Below are positions 1 to 12,571 of a DNA stretch of 64,000 nt, one piece after another. This DNA comes from Saccostrea cucullata (Eukaryota): assembly GCF_032062105.1 (NCBI RefSeq), contig NW_026932596.1, positions 1-64,000 of the forward strand. The letters are read 5' to 3'. The notes under the pieces were generated by a model, which was given only the letters and a program-made list of their open reading frames with translations, had not been told where the DNA came from and did not search any database. Position numbers and translations under genes: made by a program. The first letter of the stretch is position 1. Every line of letters begins with the position of its first letter.

Positions 1-1012
1 GTATAATAATACGTTTTAGAAGAGAAATTACTCGGAATATAGCATCTTGCTTTGAATTTAATGTTTGATGTTTGAAATTAATAATGAATCCCGAAAGAAA
101 AAAAAACGATGCAGATGATTCGATTCCTGTTTCATAGCTGTCGGGGAATCAACCCCGGTCCGAAGCCATGGCCATTTTAACCGACCATGCGTTATGGAAA
201 AATCAAGTAGGGTTTATCTTAAAAAGATATTTATTTAGACAATAATATTCCTACTTCAGCATTTTATTCTCAAAACATCGTTTCTAAGTTTCGTTGTTAT
301 TTACCGAGAGACTGTTTTATGATTCACTTTCTTCTTTCGTTTTGCGTAGACGACTTGTAATTTGAATTACTTCCCTTTTTGTCGCCAGATTACGACAGAT
401 TTTGGTGCTGAATGTATTTTCATCATGACACTTCATTAAGAAACACACTGTATAAAAAATGTCGAATTATTAAAAATATCAAATATTTTAAAAGAAAGAA
501 ACTGAGAAGGATTCTGTCTGCAAAAAAAAGCTTTATTTTGCATTTCAATTCATGAGCAAAAAACGAAAAAAAAACGGCCTCGGTTTACAAAGTCGTAGGA
601 AAACGCATACAGGTAATACACTCAGGGGCTCAGGTAACATCCTGTGTATATAGGTAGTATACACAAGCCAACGTCGTTCCTTCTGGGCTTCTCAGCCGCT
701 TGAATTTAAGCTCCAACCCACACCAAACTTACCTGAGGAAAACCGTACGGTTGAAAACCTCGGCCTTTAAGCTTATACTGGTCTCTTACATCTAGTGGAA
801 CTGAACGCAGTACAGTTAAGGCAACATTTTCTATTAAAAACTCAGGGAATCCGATACATATAATGTTTAACATTTTTTTTTTAGCAAGACACTCTAGTTA
901 AAATAGCTATTTGTTATCTTGAAGAGTATGTCTATCGCTTTTCACATCGGTATTTTTTGACATCATGTGACCCCCTGAAGTCACGTGGACTCCGATTTTA
1001 GGCCAAAAAATG

Positions 1013-1349
1013 AGATGTCAAATTTAACCAAAAAGTGCAAGGGCAAGACAAACAAAAAATTAACTGCACAATGTTTTATGTTGTCTCTATGTATCTATAC
1101 TTTCTCAAAAGTGATGCTCATTCAGTTAGTTTTCCGATATAATTAAGTTATTTAGCTAAAACAGATAGTAATGTATGAAAAATAGGATATTTTCCTAATT
1201 TCATCGTGAATTATAAATTAACTAAAGGATTACAAAGAAATAAGCATCACTTTTTGAAAACTGTACAATAAAATAAATAATTTAAAATAAAAACCCACTT
1301 TTTAGATTGTCGCCTTGCCCTTGCACTTTTTGATTAAAAATTGAAATCT
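1013..1349. repeat. Imperfect ~340-bp inverted repeat (foldback), probably TE-internal
   Basis: AAAAGTGCAAGGGCAAG (~1031-1047) is the reverse complement of CTTGCCCTTGCACTTTT (~1314-1330). CAAAAGTGATGCT (~1106) pairs with AGCATCACTTTTTG (~1243). Confidence 0.75.
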
Positions 1350-1756
1350 TGGAAGAGTCAATCTAATTATAGTTTTTCAAATGCATCATTGACCCAGCAT
1401 GGGAGATAACTCTTGAGTACTTGATATAGTTTGTTTACCTCCTAAATTTTAAATAGATAGGCCTATACATGAGGACAGGACTGGACGCTTTTTTTTTACT
1501 AAATCAAAACGGTATGCATAAAAATCCTTAATATTTCTTTCCTTTCTGTGTATTCGTTCTCCATACATTGTATACATTTAATGTCTTTCAAACCTACCGC
1601 ATTTCCTCAAAGATGTGTATATATATACATGTAGTATTACACACAAATAGGTCTAAATATTGCCGATATATTTATGTAGAATACAAATGGTTAATGAAAA
1701 TATAGCCTTCATTAATAATTAATTAGATATCTATTCCCCTCTCTCACTACTGTACG

Positions 1757-1916
1757 CATAGGCGTCGGATCAGGGGTGGGGGGGGGGGTATTAGCCTCCC
1801 TACTTTATTGCAAATTGTATACATTTTGTAGGCATTGAAATTTACCTTTTTCTTTTGGTTTAGCCCCATTTTCCTTTCAATTAGCCCCCCTTTGCATTTT
1901 ACTTCCGACGCCTATG
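1757..1916. mobile_element. 160-bp MITE with 13-bp TIRs
   Basis: Perfect TIR CATAGGCGTCGGA...TCCGACGCCTATG with internal G/C runs. No clear TSD. Confidence 0.7.
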
Positions 1917-4900
1917 GTACACACAATTATGTTAATATTTTTTTTTTTGCTTTCTGCATACGAGATCATGTTCTACGATCGCTTTCAATCAGACCGCTTA
2001 CTGTTAATTAAGGGATATAAACTAAGTTATAAAATCTAGGAACTAATGAGAAAGAATTGGAGTATACTCCTGCATTTGATAAGGGGACATCCATTTTATT
2101 TTGAGGGTGAGGGCTGGCAGATTTTAGAAATAAATACTTGCAGATCAGTGATCTCCCCCATCCACGAATCAGAGTTTTTTTTTTACATTTTATTTTGCAT
2201 ATTAGGCTTTTCAATGAAGAGGAAAATAAATTAATAATCTGTCCTTCATATTATTGATCGGAAATAAACATTTATCTGTCCTTCATTGACATGAAAATAA
2301 TTTTAAAAAAATCTGACTTGAAAAAACTCGCCTGCCCCCTGCCTTCCCTCAGAATCAAATGGTGGTCCCCTATCCTATTTTGAATCAGTTAGGGGGATCT
2401 CCAGTCTCCTGTTTTTGGTATAATATTATTGAAAAATAAATGAACACAATGCACATTCTAGAAATAAGATTTTAAAGGACATTAGTACACTCCACACAAA
2501 ATAGTATGCAAGTTAATACTTTCAAATCTTAATGGCCTTTTTCAGCACATGTACAGTATAAATATGAAAAATTTAAGTCAAATTATTATTAATTTAGAAA
2601 GTTTATTTAATAAACATTTATTTTCAAATCCAATGACAGACTGTAGGAATGCTGGGCAGGTGCAAATTATTTCCATCACTTCATGTTCTTGTAGATAAAA
2701 TGAATTATGAAAATATGAGAAAATCAGGAAATATTATTTATTAAATATTATTGTAAGTAATCTATGTTTAAAAAAATGAAATGAAAAAATGCATTGAAAC
2801 ATTTATCATAGAATGCTTATGCATGTTTTCAATTCTTCTGTTAGTTTTATTATCAAAACTGTGTATGGTTAATAGCTAATATTGAGCATGCATACCATTT
2901 TCCTTAAATGATCATGGATTAACTTGCTGCCTGAATGAATCCATTTGTCCAGCATTTGGGAATAGCTAGGCCTACACAACACAGTATAAATGCAGTTATG
3001 CTATGAGATAACTATATATATAAATTATAGAATAAAATGGCATAACATTTGACAAAACAAATTATACTACATTGTATACTGTAGTGAATTTATGTTATTC
3101 ATATAAATGAAAAAAAAAATATGTTTCAAAACTTCTCTGGGAAAGTGAAACCTCTAACATTTACAATAATTATTGATGGAATATTTTCTTGATTTTTCTG
3201 TAATCGTGTCACAGATATATTCAAATAAGTCCGATTAACATTTAATTACTGCCGATTTTACCCTTTAAAAAATTCTGAGTTTCTCCTTTACCAAAATAAA
3301 AAAAAATGTATAGCACATGCAAACTTTAAAAAATGTGAAATGCTTTAGAAGTATTCATACCCTGTGGAGAAATGATGCACTTTTTTTTTATTTATTCATT
3401 CTTTAAGCCTGAAACTCTTGACAGCTTTAATGATAAAAGTATTCTATAGATATTTTTAATGTATATATAATCTAAACAAAAAATGTATATAATTTTTTTT
3501 TCATTAATTCAGAAATTCTAGAAAATTACAACCATTGATCTTTAGTGGGGCTTCTATGTTTTCAACACAATGATACTGATATTTTTTTTTAAATTGCGTA
3601 AGTATATTTCATTTATATGTCAAAACACATCATTGCTTGTTTAGGCCTAGTCACTAGTGAATCACTGACTGAAATAATGAAAACTCTCATTTAATTTAGT
3701 TTAAATTTGTGTTACTGATGACCTCCATTATTAGACATATTGCCTCAAAGAAAAAGAGCTAATTGACAGGAGCTTAGTATACATATTTAGTGCAATTAAT
3801 TTTTCGTAATTCTTAAATCATGTGTGCAACTTAGTATGGGGGCGGGGGTGTAACACACAAGGCACTGCATTACAGTTTTTCATTGACTGTGATAATACAT
3901 TTAAATGAACATGAACACACTTGAGTTTTTTTATGTTAAGATCTACACATGTACCTATATATGCGTATACATACCTGGCCTAGAATTACAGTGACCAGTG
4001 ATGGATCTACGGAGCTGGTGCAAATCCTCTCAGTTTTCTGCATCTTTCCGAAATAATGTCCTCATTTTCTCGTAATAGGGAGAAGCAATGCCTTTTTTCT
4101 TATTTTATCCCTATTTCCTTTAAAGATTGTGTGGTTATTGCATTTGAGTCCAGTGCAAATCTCAGCTGATGTCGCCACGTTTTTAGATGTAAACAACATT
4201 CCGTGTTACAGAGCGCAAGCGCTTGGCTGAAGCCGAATGCAGACAAACGACACATTAAAAAGAGAATTATTTTAAAGACATGCTATTTTATATACGAGAA
4301 AATCACTAATTATTTTCTATTTAAACATGAAGATATTGCTGTTTATTACAAATTCTTGCAAATATCGGTAAATAGTTATTTTTAGCACCACTTCCTTATA
4401 TGGATCAATCAGGGCGGAGCAACCGTCATGCCGTCAGACCTCATTATGACTTCATTACCATATTTTTTTTTCATGTGTTGCCTTAACTGTACTGCGAAGA
4501 TATTAAAAATTTAAATTTAGACTTAAGTCTATTCTCAGTTTATGGTTTTGGGGCCAGAGTTGGCAGTTGTTTATCTTACGAATTTCTATCTTTATGGCTA
4601 TGACAGAGGCTTGAAGAAAATAATAAAACGAAACAGGATTGAATGTTTTAAAATAAAAATTAAAAGATGGAATATTAATGAGAAATAAATATCGAGGAAA
4701 CAATCTCATGAATAAATTGCACATATCTCTATAAGAGAGGATTCGGGCCACCTATCGTATCTGTAACGCAAAAGATATATACCGAAACACGTAAGCTTTT
4801 CTGATTGTTAACGTTTTCAGGTATTATTATTAATTTACATGAACTAATTTATTCATTCACCATTTCATACCATATAATATATAGCATAGATCATACAACA

Positions 4901-5360
4901 TAAATTATGTCTGTGTTTTCCACAAATCAGAGAGTTTGCTTGATTAAGTGATTACAGGCATCAACTCTAGCTTGAGTATACAGAAATGAGAAAGAGAAGA
5001 AAGGGGAATCGTGAAAAATGACAATTATAAAAGTCGTTTTTTTTTTATTTCAACTTCCATGAGTCTACGTCTAAGCTTCTTTAGTGTATTAATCCATATA
5101 CCGTCAGTCACATATTTGTCCCAGGATGATCTGTAAAGCAACCGCTCTTAATTACTAGGTTTGTCTGTTTAGGATTGGAGTGCAGGGTCATATTACCTAC
5201 CGGTAATCATAAAGCTGCACTATCTGGGTATTAATTTTGAATTGACTTTCAATACTGCAAAAACAAACAAACAAACAAAAACCGAGGAAAATGCTGAGTC
5301 AGTGAAAAGACAAAAACATGTATATATTTTACTGTCTACTACAGTACAACCTTAAAATTA

Positions 5361-5735
5361 GGGAAAAACTGTCTCCTAATTTGGTATTTGCGACCGTTAA
5401 TGCTGATTTAACGGTCGCAAACTGAGCGACGCGTAAGCGGAGCCGGTAAAACGGATGTTTGCGACCGTTAAATCAGCATTAACGGTCGCAAATACCAAAT
5501 TAGAAGATCAGTTATTCCCATTCTAATGCAATCCATGCATTTTGTTTGTTGTTTACGTCTTATTTTGATGAATTTTGTTACATGAAATACGTCACGGAGC
5601 ATTGTGTTTTTGCGGCGCTCTATTATGACGTCACAATGAAAAAACTTTCACGCTCGTTAATGCTCGTTTTACTGCTTCAAACATCAGTGCATTAGCCAAT
5701 GAAAAAATGTTTAACAAAACAATTGCATTAGAATG
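5361..5735. mobile_element. Nested-palindrome element (Crypton-like non-autonomous, tentative)
   Basis: Perfect 47-bp inverted repeat (5376-5422 / 5457-5503), each arm itself a hairpin. A second IR, CATTCTAATGCAAT/ATTGCATTAGAATG, lies at 5519-5532 / 5722-5735. Confidence 0.55.
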
Positions 5736-5804
5736 AGATATTAATGCCTTGTGTGGTTTAAACACCTAAAGTGTGAGTCTTTATTAAACCAGAATATAAG
5801 AGTA

Positions 5805-6368
5805 ATTATTATCCTTCAGAATTATACAGTCAATCTGATTGGTTTAGAGCATGTCACGTGAGGTGAGACAATTTGTGATGCCTCCTTCACGCGCAGTTTG
5901 ACAAATGTTGTCACCCTTAAAAATCACAATGAAATAACGTAAACGAGCATGCAGGGCAACAACTGTGTTGTCGCCCTTTGAATGAAATTACAGTGGTTAA
6001 AGCGAGATGACCCTGATATATAATTACATATGTAAAATAGCTAAATATGCTGGATCGGTAAACAATAAATTCTAATAATGACGTCAAAGTTATCTGTTGA
6101 CAAATTTTGAAAGTGGAATCAGAGCAGAGTAGGAGACATAAGAGGTTTGATTACTATTTTCTACTCACTCCATCTAATTGATAATTTAGATTTTTCAAGA
6201 TAATAAAACGAATATGGACTGTGCATGTCTAGAAAAGAGACATCACCAATTAACAGGTTTGAGTAGGTTTTTCAACCTATGGCGCCAACGCCCTCGGGTG
6301 ACAACCCTACTCAGACGTCATAATTTGTGATGTCTCTCTTCTGAACAGTCCATAATTGTATATTGTTA
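5805..6368. mobile_element. Crypton-like non-autonomous element with long terminal hairpin
   Basis: Imperfect hairpin 6213-6354 (TATGGACTG...GAGACATCAC...GAGTAGG / CCTACTC...GTGATGTCTC...CAGTCCATA) with CCTCGGG near its centre. Its outer ends match the hairpin at 58418-58546. The family name is an inference. Confidence 0.5.
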
Positions 6369-6879
6369 ATGCTTTATATATATACTGACACGCAAAAGAA
6401 TCGAAACACCCTATTTTAGGGGGAAATAATTATGTAAAGTAAAGAATTTTGTATCTAAAAATCATAAATATCTTCCGTTTGGTAAACATAAGTAAATTAA
6501 CGGCTGACCGATTTCAATACCATAACCGGAAGTCGTGTTTTAGTCTGCTTTACAGAAATCAAAAATTGCATGATTAACAAAACATTTGGCAATATTATGG
6601 AGTTTTAAAGGGCTTTTTACTGTTCATCAAAAGTAATGCAGCAATATTTCAAAAAATAAACTCTACTTTCGTTTCCCGAAACAATGCTAAGGCTACTTAA
6701 AACGGCTTATTTACGCAATTCCATTGCTCTAGCTGGAACATTTCAATGTAAAGGTGATGGAGAGTTGCTGATGCGAAATTTCACTACATTTCGTCTCAAC
6801 AGGGTCTTAGGTATCATATGCATTAAGGACAGTCCTTGTACCGGAAGTCAAAGGTTGACTACAAAAAAAAATCTGTTTG

Positions 6880-7116
6880 TATCATCTGTCCTTAAGATTA
6901 ATGGTCAATGCAATGACCTTGTAAGCAAATACAATTTATCATTGAGTCAAATGCTGACTGATACTCACACGGCGGGTATGACCGGTCGGCATGGGGTGCT
7001 CATTCCTGCATGACACCTGATCCCACCTCAGATGTTTTGGTGGTTTGTGTTTGTTTTGCTCCTATTTTGTAGTTATATGTACTTTTGATCTTGAATACTA
7101 TTCGTTATCTCGATAT
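6880..7116 (+). mobile_element. 3' fragment of a Penelope-like retroelement (Naiad-like RT C-terminus plus GC-rich 3' motif)
   Basis: Encodes SSVLKINGQCNDLVSKYNLSLSQMLTD, homologous to the copy at 33005-33396. Followed by ACGGCGGGTATGACCGGTC...CACCTGATCCCACCTC. Confidence 0.65.
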
Positions 7117-8039
7117 GTATCATTCTCTATCTTTTTGCACTCTCTCCACCAACATTTTTTAACACTTGTAATTTCAAAACTGGTTAAAAATAAAATTTAT
7201 TTAAGAATAATCAGAAAAAGACAATAAATAGTAAGAGACAGTAAATTTTATAAAAATATTTATAATTAACATTACACATAAAGATCAGTAATTGAATAAC
7301 TGAAGGCAAAAATTATCTCCTAGCATTTTTTATTTTATAAAACATTATTTATTTTCACATACAAAATAGAAATGAGACATTTATAGTAAAATCCCCAAAG
7401 TCTTGAAATTCGAAAAAAAAATGAAAAACAAAAAATAAACACACACACATTAAAAAAAACCTGTTTTCAAAATTTGGAAAAAATTAACCATCTATAGCCA
7501 AGTTTTAACACGCAGAAATAAAGTTGTAAGAAACAAATTCGTGGTTGAATGGAAGAAACATTATATGTACTACTACTGTGTGTAATTCAAAAAGAACTAG
7601 TTCTAATTAAACCGGAAAAAATACATGTAACAGTAATTTCCAAAAAGCTCCTCTTATCCTTTTGTTGCATCATTTTTATAAGCTTCTTTAAATAAACAAA
7701 AGGTTTTGTATATTTGATTTACAACGTTTTTTTAAGATTGAGCAACGTAAAAGAAAAAGAGTGTAAAAAACATTAGTATGTACCTGTAAGGTCCATTTTT
7801 TGCATATTACAAATCATTTATTAGCAGGTATAAAATCATTCAAAATCCGAATATATACAATGTATCTGTGATTTATAGACAAGTTTTCAAAATATAACAT
7901 CATAGGATAATCAAAAGGTATGTTTATCTAACAAAAGCTCTTGTGCTATGTCTTTATATTAATTTTTATGACCAAAATTAAGGAACAGTAGAATAAAATT
8001 TACAGATTAAAGTGTTCAAATAAAAAGATAAAGTGTCCA

Positions 8040-8060
8040 AGTGGCACTAATACGCTTCCG
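8040..8060. mobile_element. Isolated right TIR of the family seen at 38934-40636
   Basis: GTGGCACTAATACGCTTCCG includes the reverse complement of the CGGAAGCGTATTAGTGC terminus at 39238. Confidence 0.5.
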
Positions 8061-8447
8061 TGCAAAATAAAGTATATTTATAGTAAAATTTATTGAGCTC
8101 AACTAATTTTGTTGTTGTTGAAAAATTGATATATTTTTTGAATTTAGTACTATTTTACAAAGATAAAATATAAAAATTAAGAAGCATATATCGTATAAGG
8201 AATTTAATGATAAACGTGTTTTAAACATGAATAAATTCCGTGCTGTTTTACAACTATTTTAAATGTTTTTGAATATCCCTTATCCCTAAAACAGAAAAAA
8301 CAAACAAAATAAGAATTATGTGTAAAAGATTAGTAAATGTAAATACTTATAGCAAATTTTACATACTTTTTAAAAAGTATACTATAAATAATTCAGATTT
8401 GTAATTAAAAACGTTCTGTATGATTAAAACAATTTTTTTTTATGATA

Positions 8448-9659
8448 CAGTGGCTGGAACGTTATTGTTGACAACTTACACGAACGATCACGTTACACGA
8501 ACGATTCCGCACGATTAACGCACGATTAAACCTGTTACACGAACGATCTTTCACGTTCACGATTCTACACGTTACACGATCTTACACGATTGTTAACGCA
8601 AACGCACGTTTCTTCACTCAAAATAGTTCAAAATATTTAGGAATTAATATTTTCAAAACGAAATAAAGCTAAATACTTATTTAAGATTTCAAAGAATTAT
8701 CAATATTATTTCATAGACTTTAAAAAAAAACGGGAAAATGAATTCCTGTAACTAAATATATGCAAGACTTAATATTTCAGATTAAAAATAATTATTTCTA
8801 AGGTAATTCTCCGATCAAAGAAAACGGATTTTATTCGTTCTATTAGACGATGTTCATGTATGAGGGTCGTATAATTTGATTGAATTGGCTATCAAGCAAT
8901 GCAGAAAGGGGGATACGATTCAACACAAATGCCAGCATTGAATGATTTAGATTATAATTACAAATTCTATCTTTACGTTTCCACTTATTCAATGTCTGAT
9001 ACTAGTAAACTTGCGAATTATTCAACTTTTTTATTTGCAGAAATTAAAAATTAATTCGTTACAAATAAGCTCAAAAGATAAACACAGATAACCAAAACTC
9101 CCGAAAATCATGCCGTGTGCATGTAGATTTGTCGATTAACTAGCTATGTAAGCATTGAGAAATGTTTATTTCTTTGTAAAAAAAAATATTATTTTCAGTG
9201 AATTGATTTCAAGATTATCTTGACCACAATCAGAGGTAAATAATTATTAAATCAGATTTTTCAGAAAGGCGTAAGAAATCTAAGTACGGTTTATCACAGA
9301 ATTGGTCGCGCTTTTTGACGAGAACTTAATATTGTACGACTTACTATATTGCTTGTTTACGAGCAATAATTAGTTCGTTCTGCATTCTATTATGTAAACT
9401 GCACTTTTTCATTTTATTTTGATTTTAATTAATAAATTAAGAAAACCAAACAAGGAAAATGCTTATTTTAGAAATAACATTCCAATAAAAACTAACAAAA
9501 CGAAATTTACACGATTCTAAACGCACGATCTCGCACGATTAAAAACGCACACGATTGAGTCTGATACACGAACGATCTTTCACGTTAAACTAACGATCAC
9601 TCACGATACACGAACGTTTCTACACGATTGGTTTGTCAACAATAACGTTCCAACCACTG
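8448..9659. mobile_element. Non-autonomous TA-TSD DNA transposon (CAGT...ACTG, Tc1/mariner-like) with ACACGA(ACGAT) subterminal repeats
   Basis: 27-bp TIR CAGTGG(C/T)TGGAACGTTATTGTTGACAA with 1 mismatch, TA on both flanks. Repeat clusters at ~8478-8610 and ~9508-9630. No ORF. Confidence 0.85.
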
Positions 9660-11505
9660 TACCTTTAAAAATATTAAAAATCTGATTTTATTTAAATCTT
9701 TTTAAAAAAGTATAACTATTCCAATATTTAGTTAAATGGGCATAAAAAATCGATGTTTGACCGATCAGTGAGATATTGGACCTATCGATAAGATATCGGA
9801 TCGTTAAGGTCACACAAGGCAGGATCAGCTATATCTTATTTGCACTTGTTTGTGTTTTGACATTGAAAATTCTTAACATCAGTACTTGACAAATGAAATA
9901 TAATATAATACATGTATTTATACTAGTAAACATGTTGAAATGTTTGTTAAATGCAGATTATGTATACATAAAATTCGAATGAATGACTCGCAAAAAATGG
10001 ATAATATTGCGAGAGGAAAAAAAAGTTACTCAACCAAATCAATTTACAGGACTTTCGAATAATGCCAATTTCAGATTTTATTTTACTTCAAAATACCATG
10101 TTTATCAAAGTATACTTATCTAGTTGTTTATAAAGAAAATGAAGTAACAATTCCCATTTCATATACAAGAAACATTTTATCCCTTCCCTTGCTCTAAAAA
10201 TGATATGATATAACAGTTCCTTAATTGATAATCCTTTGAATGCTACACAATTATTATAAATCACATTTGCAATTGAAATAAAATTTATTATCATGTACAC
10301 ATGCATATGAAAAGAAAAAGATCCAGAATTCAATGATTTAAGCGAAAAGTTTAGCTAAACAGTTAATTTAAAACTAAAAAACTCCACCTAGGAAAACGTA
10401 TAAAATAAAATAGTGTGGTATTATATATCGTACATTACTTCACTTATCAAAAATGAATTTCAGAATAATAAATAAGATTGTATCCATATCCGTCGGGACC
10501 AAAGTTTTGACCAAATTTAAAGTTAAACGCAAATTTATCGGACGCTTAGGCATTAATATAATTTCCATTACTAATGTAGTCCCGATTTCCTTAAACATTC
10601 CCATTGAAAGTCTATATACGTACCCTATGAAATTCCCGCCTTACTCCAAGGAACCACAATCAATTTAAATTAAACCAACTTAAATTGTCTTTGCCTCAAC
10701 TTAGTGCTTAAATGTTTTTATAATTTTAAATGACATTCCTATTTCTGAAAACAATTTTTTGTCTTCTATGAGTACATGTACACTGCTTGGAGAGTAATAA
10801 GTTAAAATGTGGCACTTCTGTTCTGTTTTTATTAAATATTCCCAACTAAAATCGCTTATTGTGACCCCACCTACCCAGTGCCGTAGTTCGACCTAACCTA
10901 TTTCTATACTTAGTTAAAACTTTCATAATAGTATTTCTAATAATGACTTCGCTCTGTTTGAGAAAATAAATATATAAATATTTTATATCTCTCAGTTTAT
11001 CTTTCATATCATTTTGCTGCCTCACCCTACGCTTGCATTAGTGGTTTATTACTCGTAACACGATTATTCATGAATTTTTTGCATTCACGATTGTTTTATC
11101 TGTCTACGCCTTAGGACTAAAGTAAATGTTCTCACTGTCTTGATTATTTTTCTAAGAAAGTAATTGAAATTTTAATCTTTCTCACACGGAATATCCTATA
11201 ATATGTAAAATATGCTTTGTTATATTTTAAGCAGAAGATATTTAATTTAGTCGAAAATGTGGAATGTTTACACATACAAGACAGACGATAGGGACTCCTC
11301 GGAAGCTCAGTTGGGACCTTTAAATTCGAATTTATACATAGAAAACTGTTTTATTCTGAAACACTTAAGCAAGTACATAAAATTATTGAAAAGACTTGTT
11401 AACTTCGTTTTTTGAATAAAAAGAAGCTACATAATTATTGGTTACACACATTCTAAGAATTGTAAGCAATTTCTTAATAAAAATAAGTTATTACAGATTC
11501 CTTAA

Positions 11506-11966
11506 AGGTGCATAAATACAGATTTGATGTTAATATTTTGTCGATTTTTTTTATTTAATATTACGACCTATAAAATATTGCAATTGCATTTCACAAGAAA
11601 ATATTTCACAATCTAATTCATCCCGAAGATATTTAAACTTTAGTGGAATATGCCGGTATCTACTCTAAATTTTCTGTATCATAGTTTTAATCTTTTTCAT
11701 CAATACACAACAAAATTGCCACTTTTTAAAGTATTTAGAATAAAATAATTATTTAGTTTTAGTATTTAAAATAATATTATTATTTGTGAAAGTGCAAGGA
11801 TGTATCAATCAAACCGGCCCAGAATTTCAATAACTTAAAAAAAAATTAATGAATTATTTTTTTCGAGTGAAATGCTATATATATATATTGTGAATTCCAT
11901 TAAATAAACCGTAATTTTACACAGAAAAATTGAGAAAATGTTCACTAAATCTATGTCTAAGTACCT
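11506..11966. mobile_element. Kolobok-type MITE (TTAA TSD)
   Basis: TTAA|AGGTGCATAAATACAGATTT ... AAATCTATGTCTAAGTACCT|TTAA; the TIR matches at 15 of 20 positions. Confidence 0.65.
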
Positions 11967-12571
11967 TTAAGAAATTATTTTTATATTTGAAAATCCATGT
12001 ATCTATTTCATTGAAAATAATAAAAACGATGTAAAGCAAAACTCTATTTACATATTATGTAACAGAATTATTTTATATCGCATGTATGAAAAACAAATCA
12101 AAGTAATGATTAGCATCAGAAAAATATACAGTGGATTTCATTTTTTAAAAGAACAATTATATGATTTTTTTAAAGACAGATGATAACAAAGACAGTTTTA
12201 TCAACATACTTGAGAAAAAAAATGTAAAAAAAAAAAAATAATTTGGTGGAAGAAGGAAAAAGTTTAACCAAATATTTATATATTCATTATTTTTATTTTA
12301 AGTTTTAAATTGATTGGATTTTAAGTTTCAAAAAATTGATAAGAATGATGCATGTGGCAAAAAATGTAGAATTTTTAACATTGTAGAAAATTGATAACTT
12401 CTTAATATTTTCTTAAACACTCTGATATTGGTTTACCTAAAGCAAAAAAGTACTTGAGGCTGGCTGCTTTTTTATTATTATTTTTATTTGATATTTTAAA
12501 GTTACTATTCTATTTTCACTGTTTTAAAAATTCTTAGTTCCTAATTCAAAATTCTTGGTAAGCAGAATTCT

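Noticed and set aside
725-790. Minus-strand donor CAG|GTAAGT with AACCGTACGGTT palindrome
   Set aside because: No supporting ORF or partner exon in the window.
6384-6420. Tc1-like terminus TA|CTGACACGCAAAAGAATCGAAACACC
   Set aside because: No partner TIR found, so not reported as an element.
6664-6680. IRF/GAS-like motif ACTTTCGTTTCCCGAAA
   Set aside because: Spacing deviates from both consensuses, it is far downstream of GVIN1, and such matches are common in AT-rich DNA.
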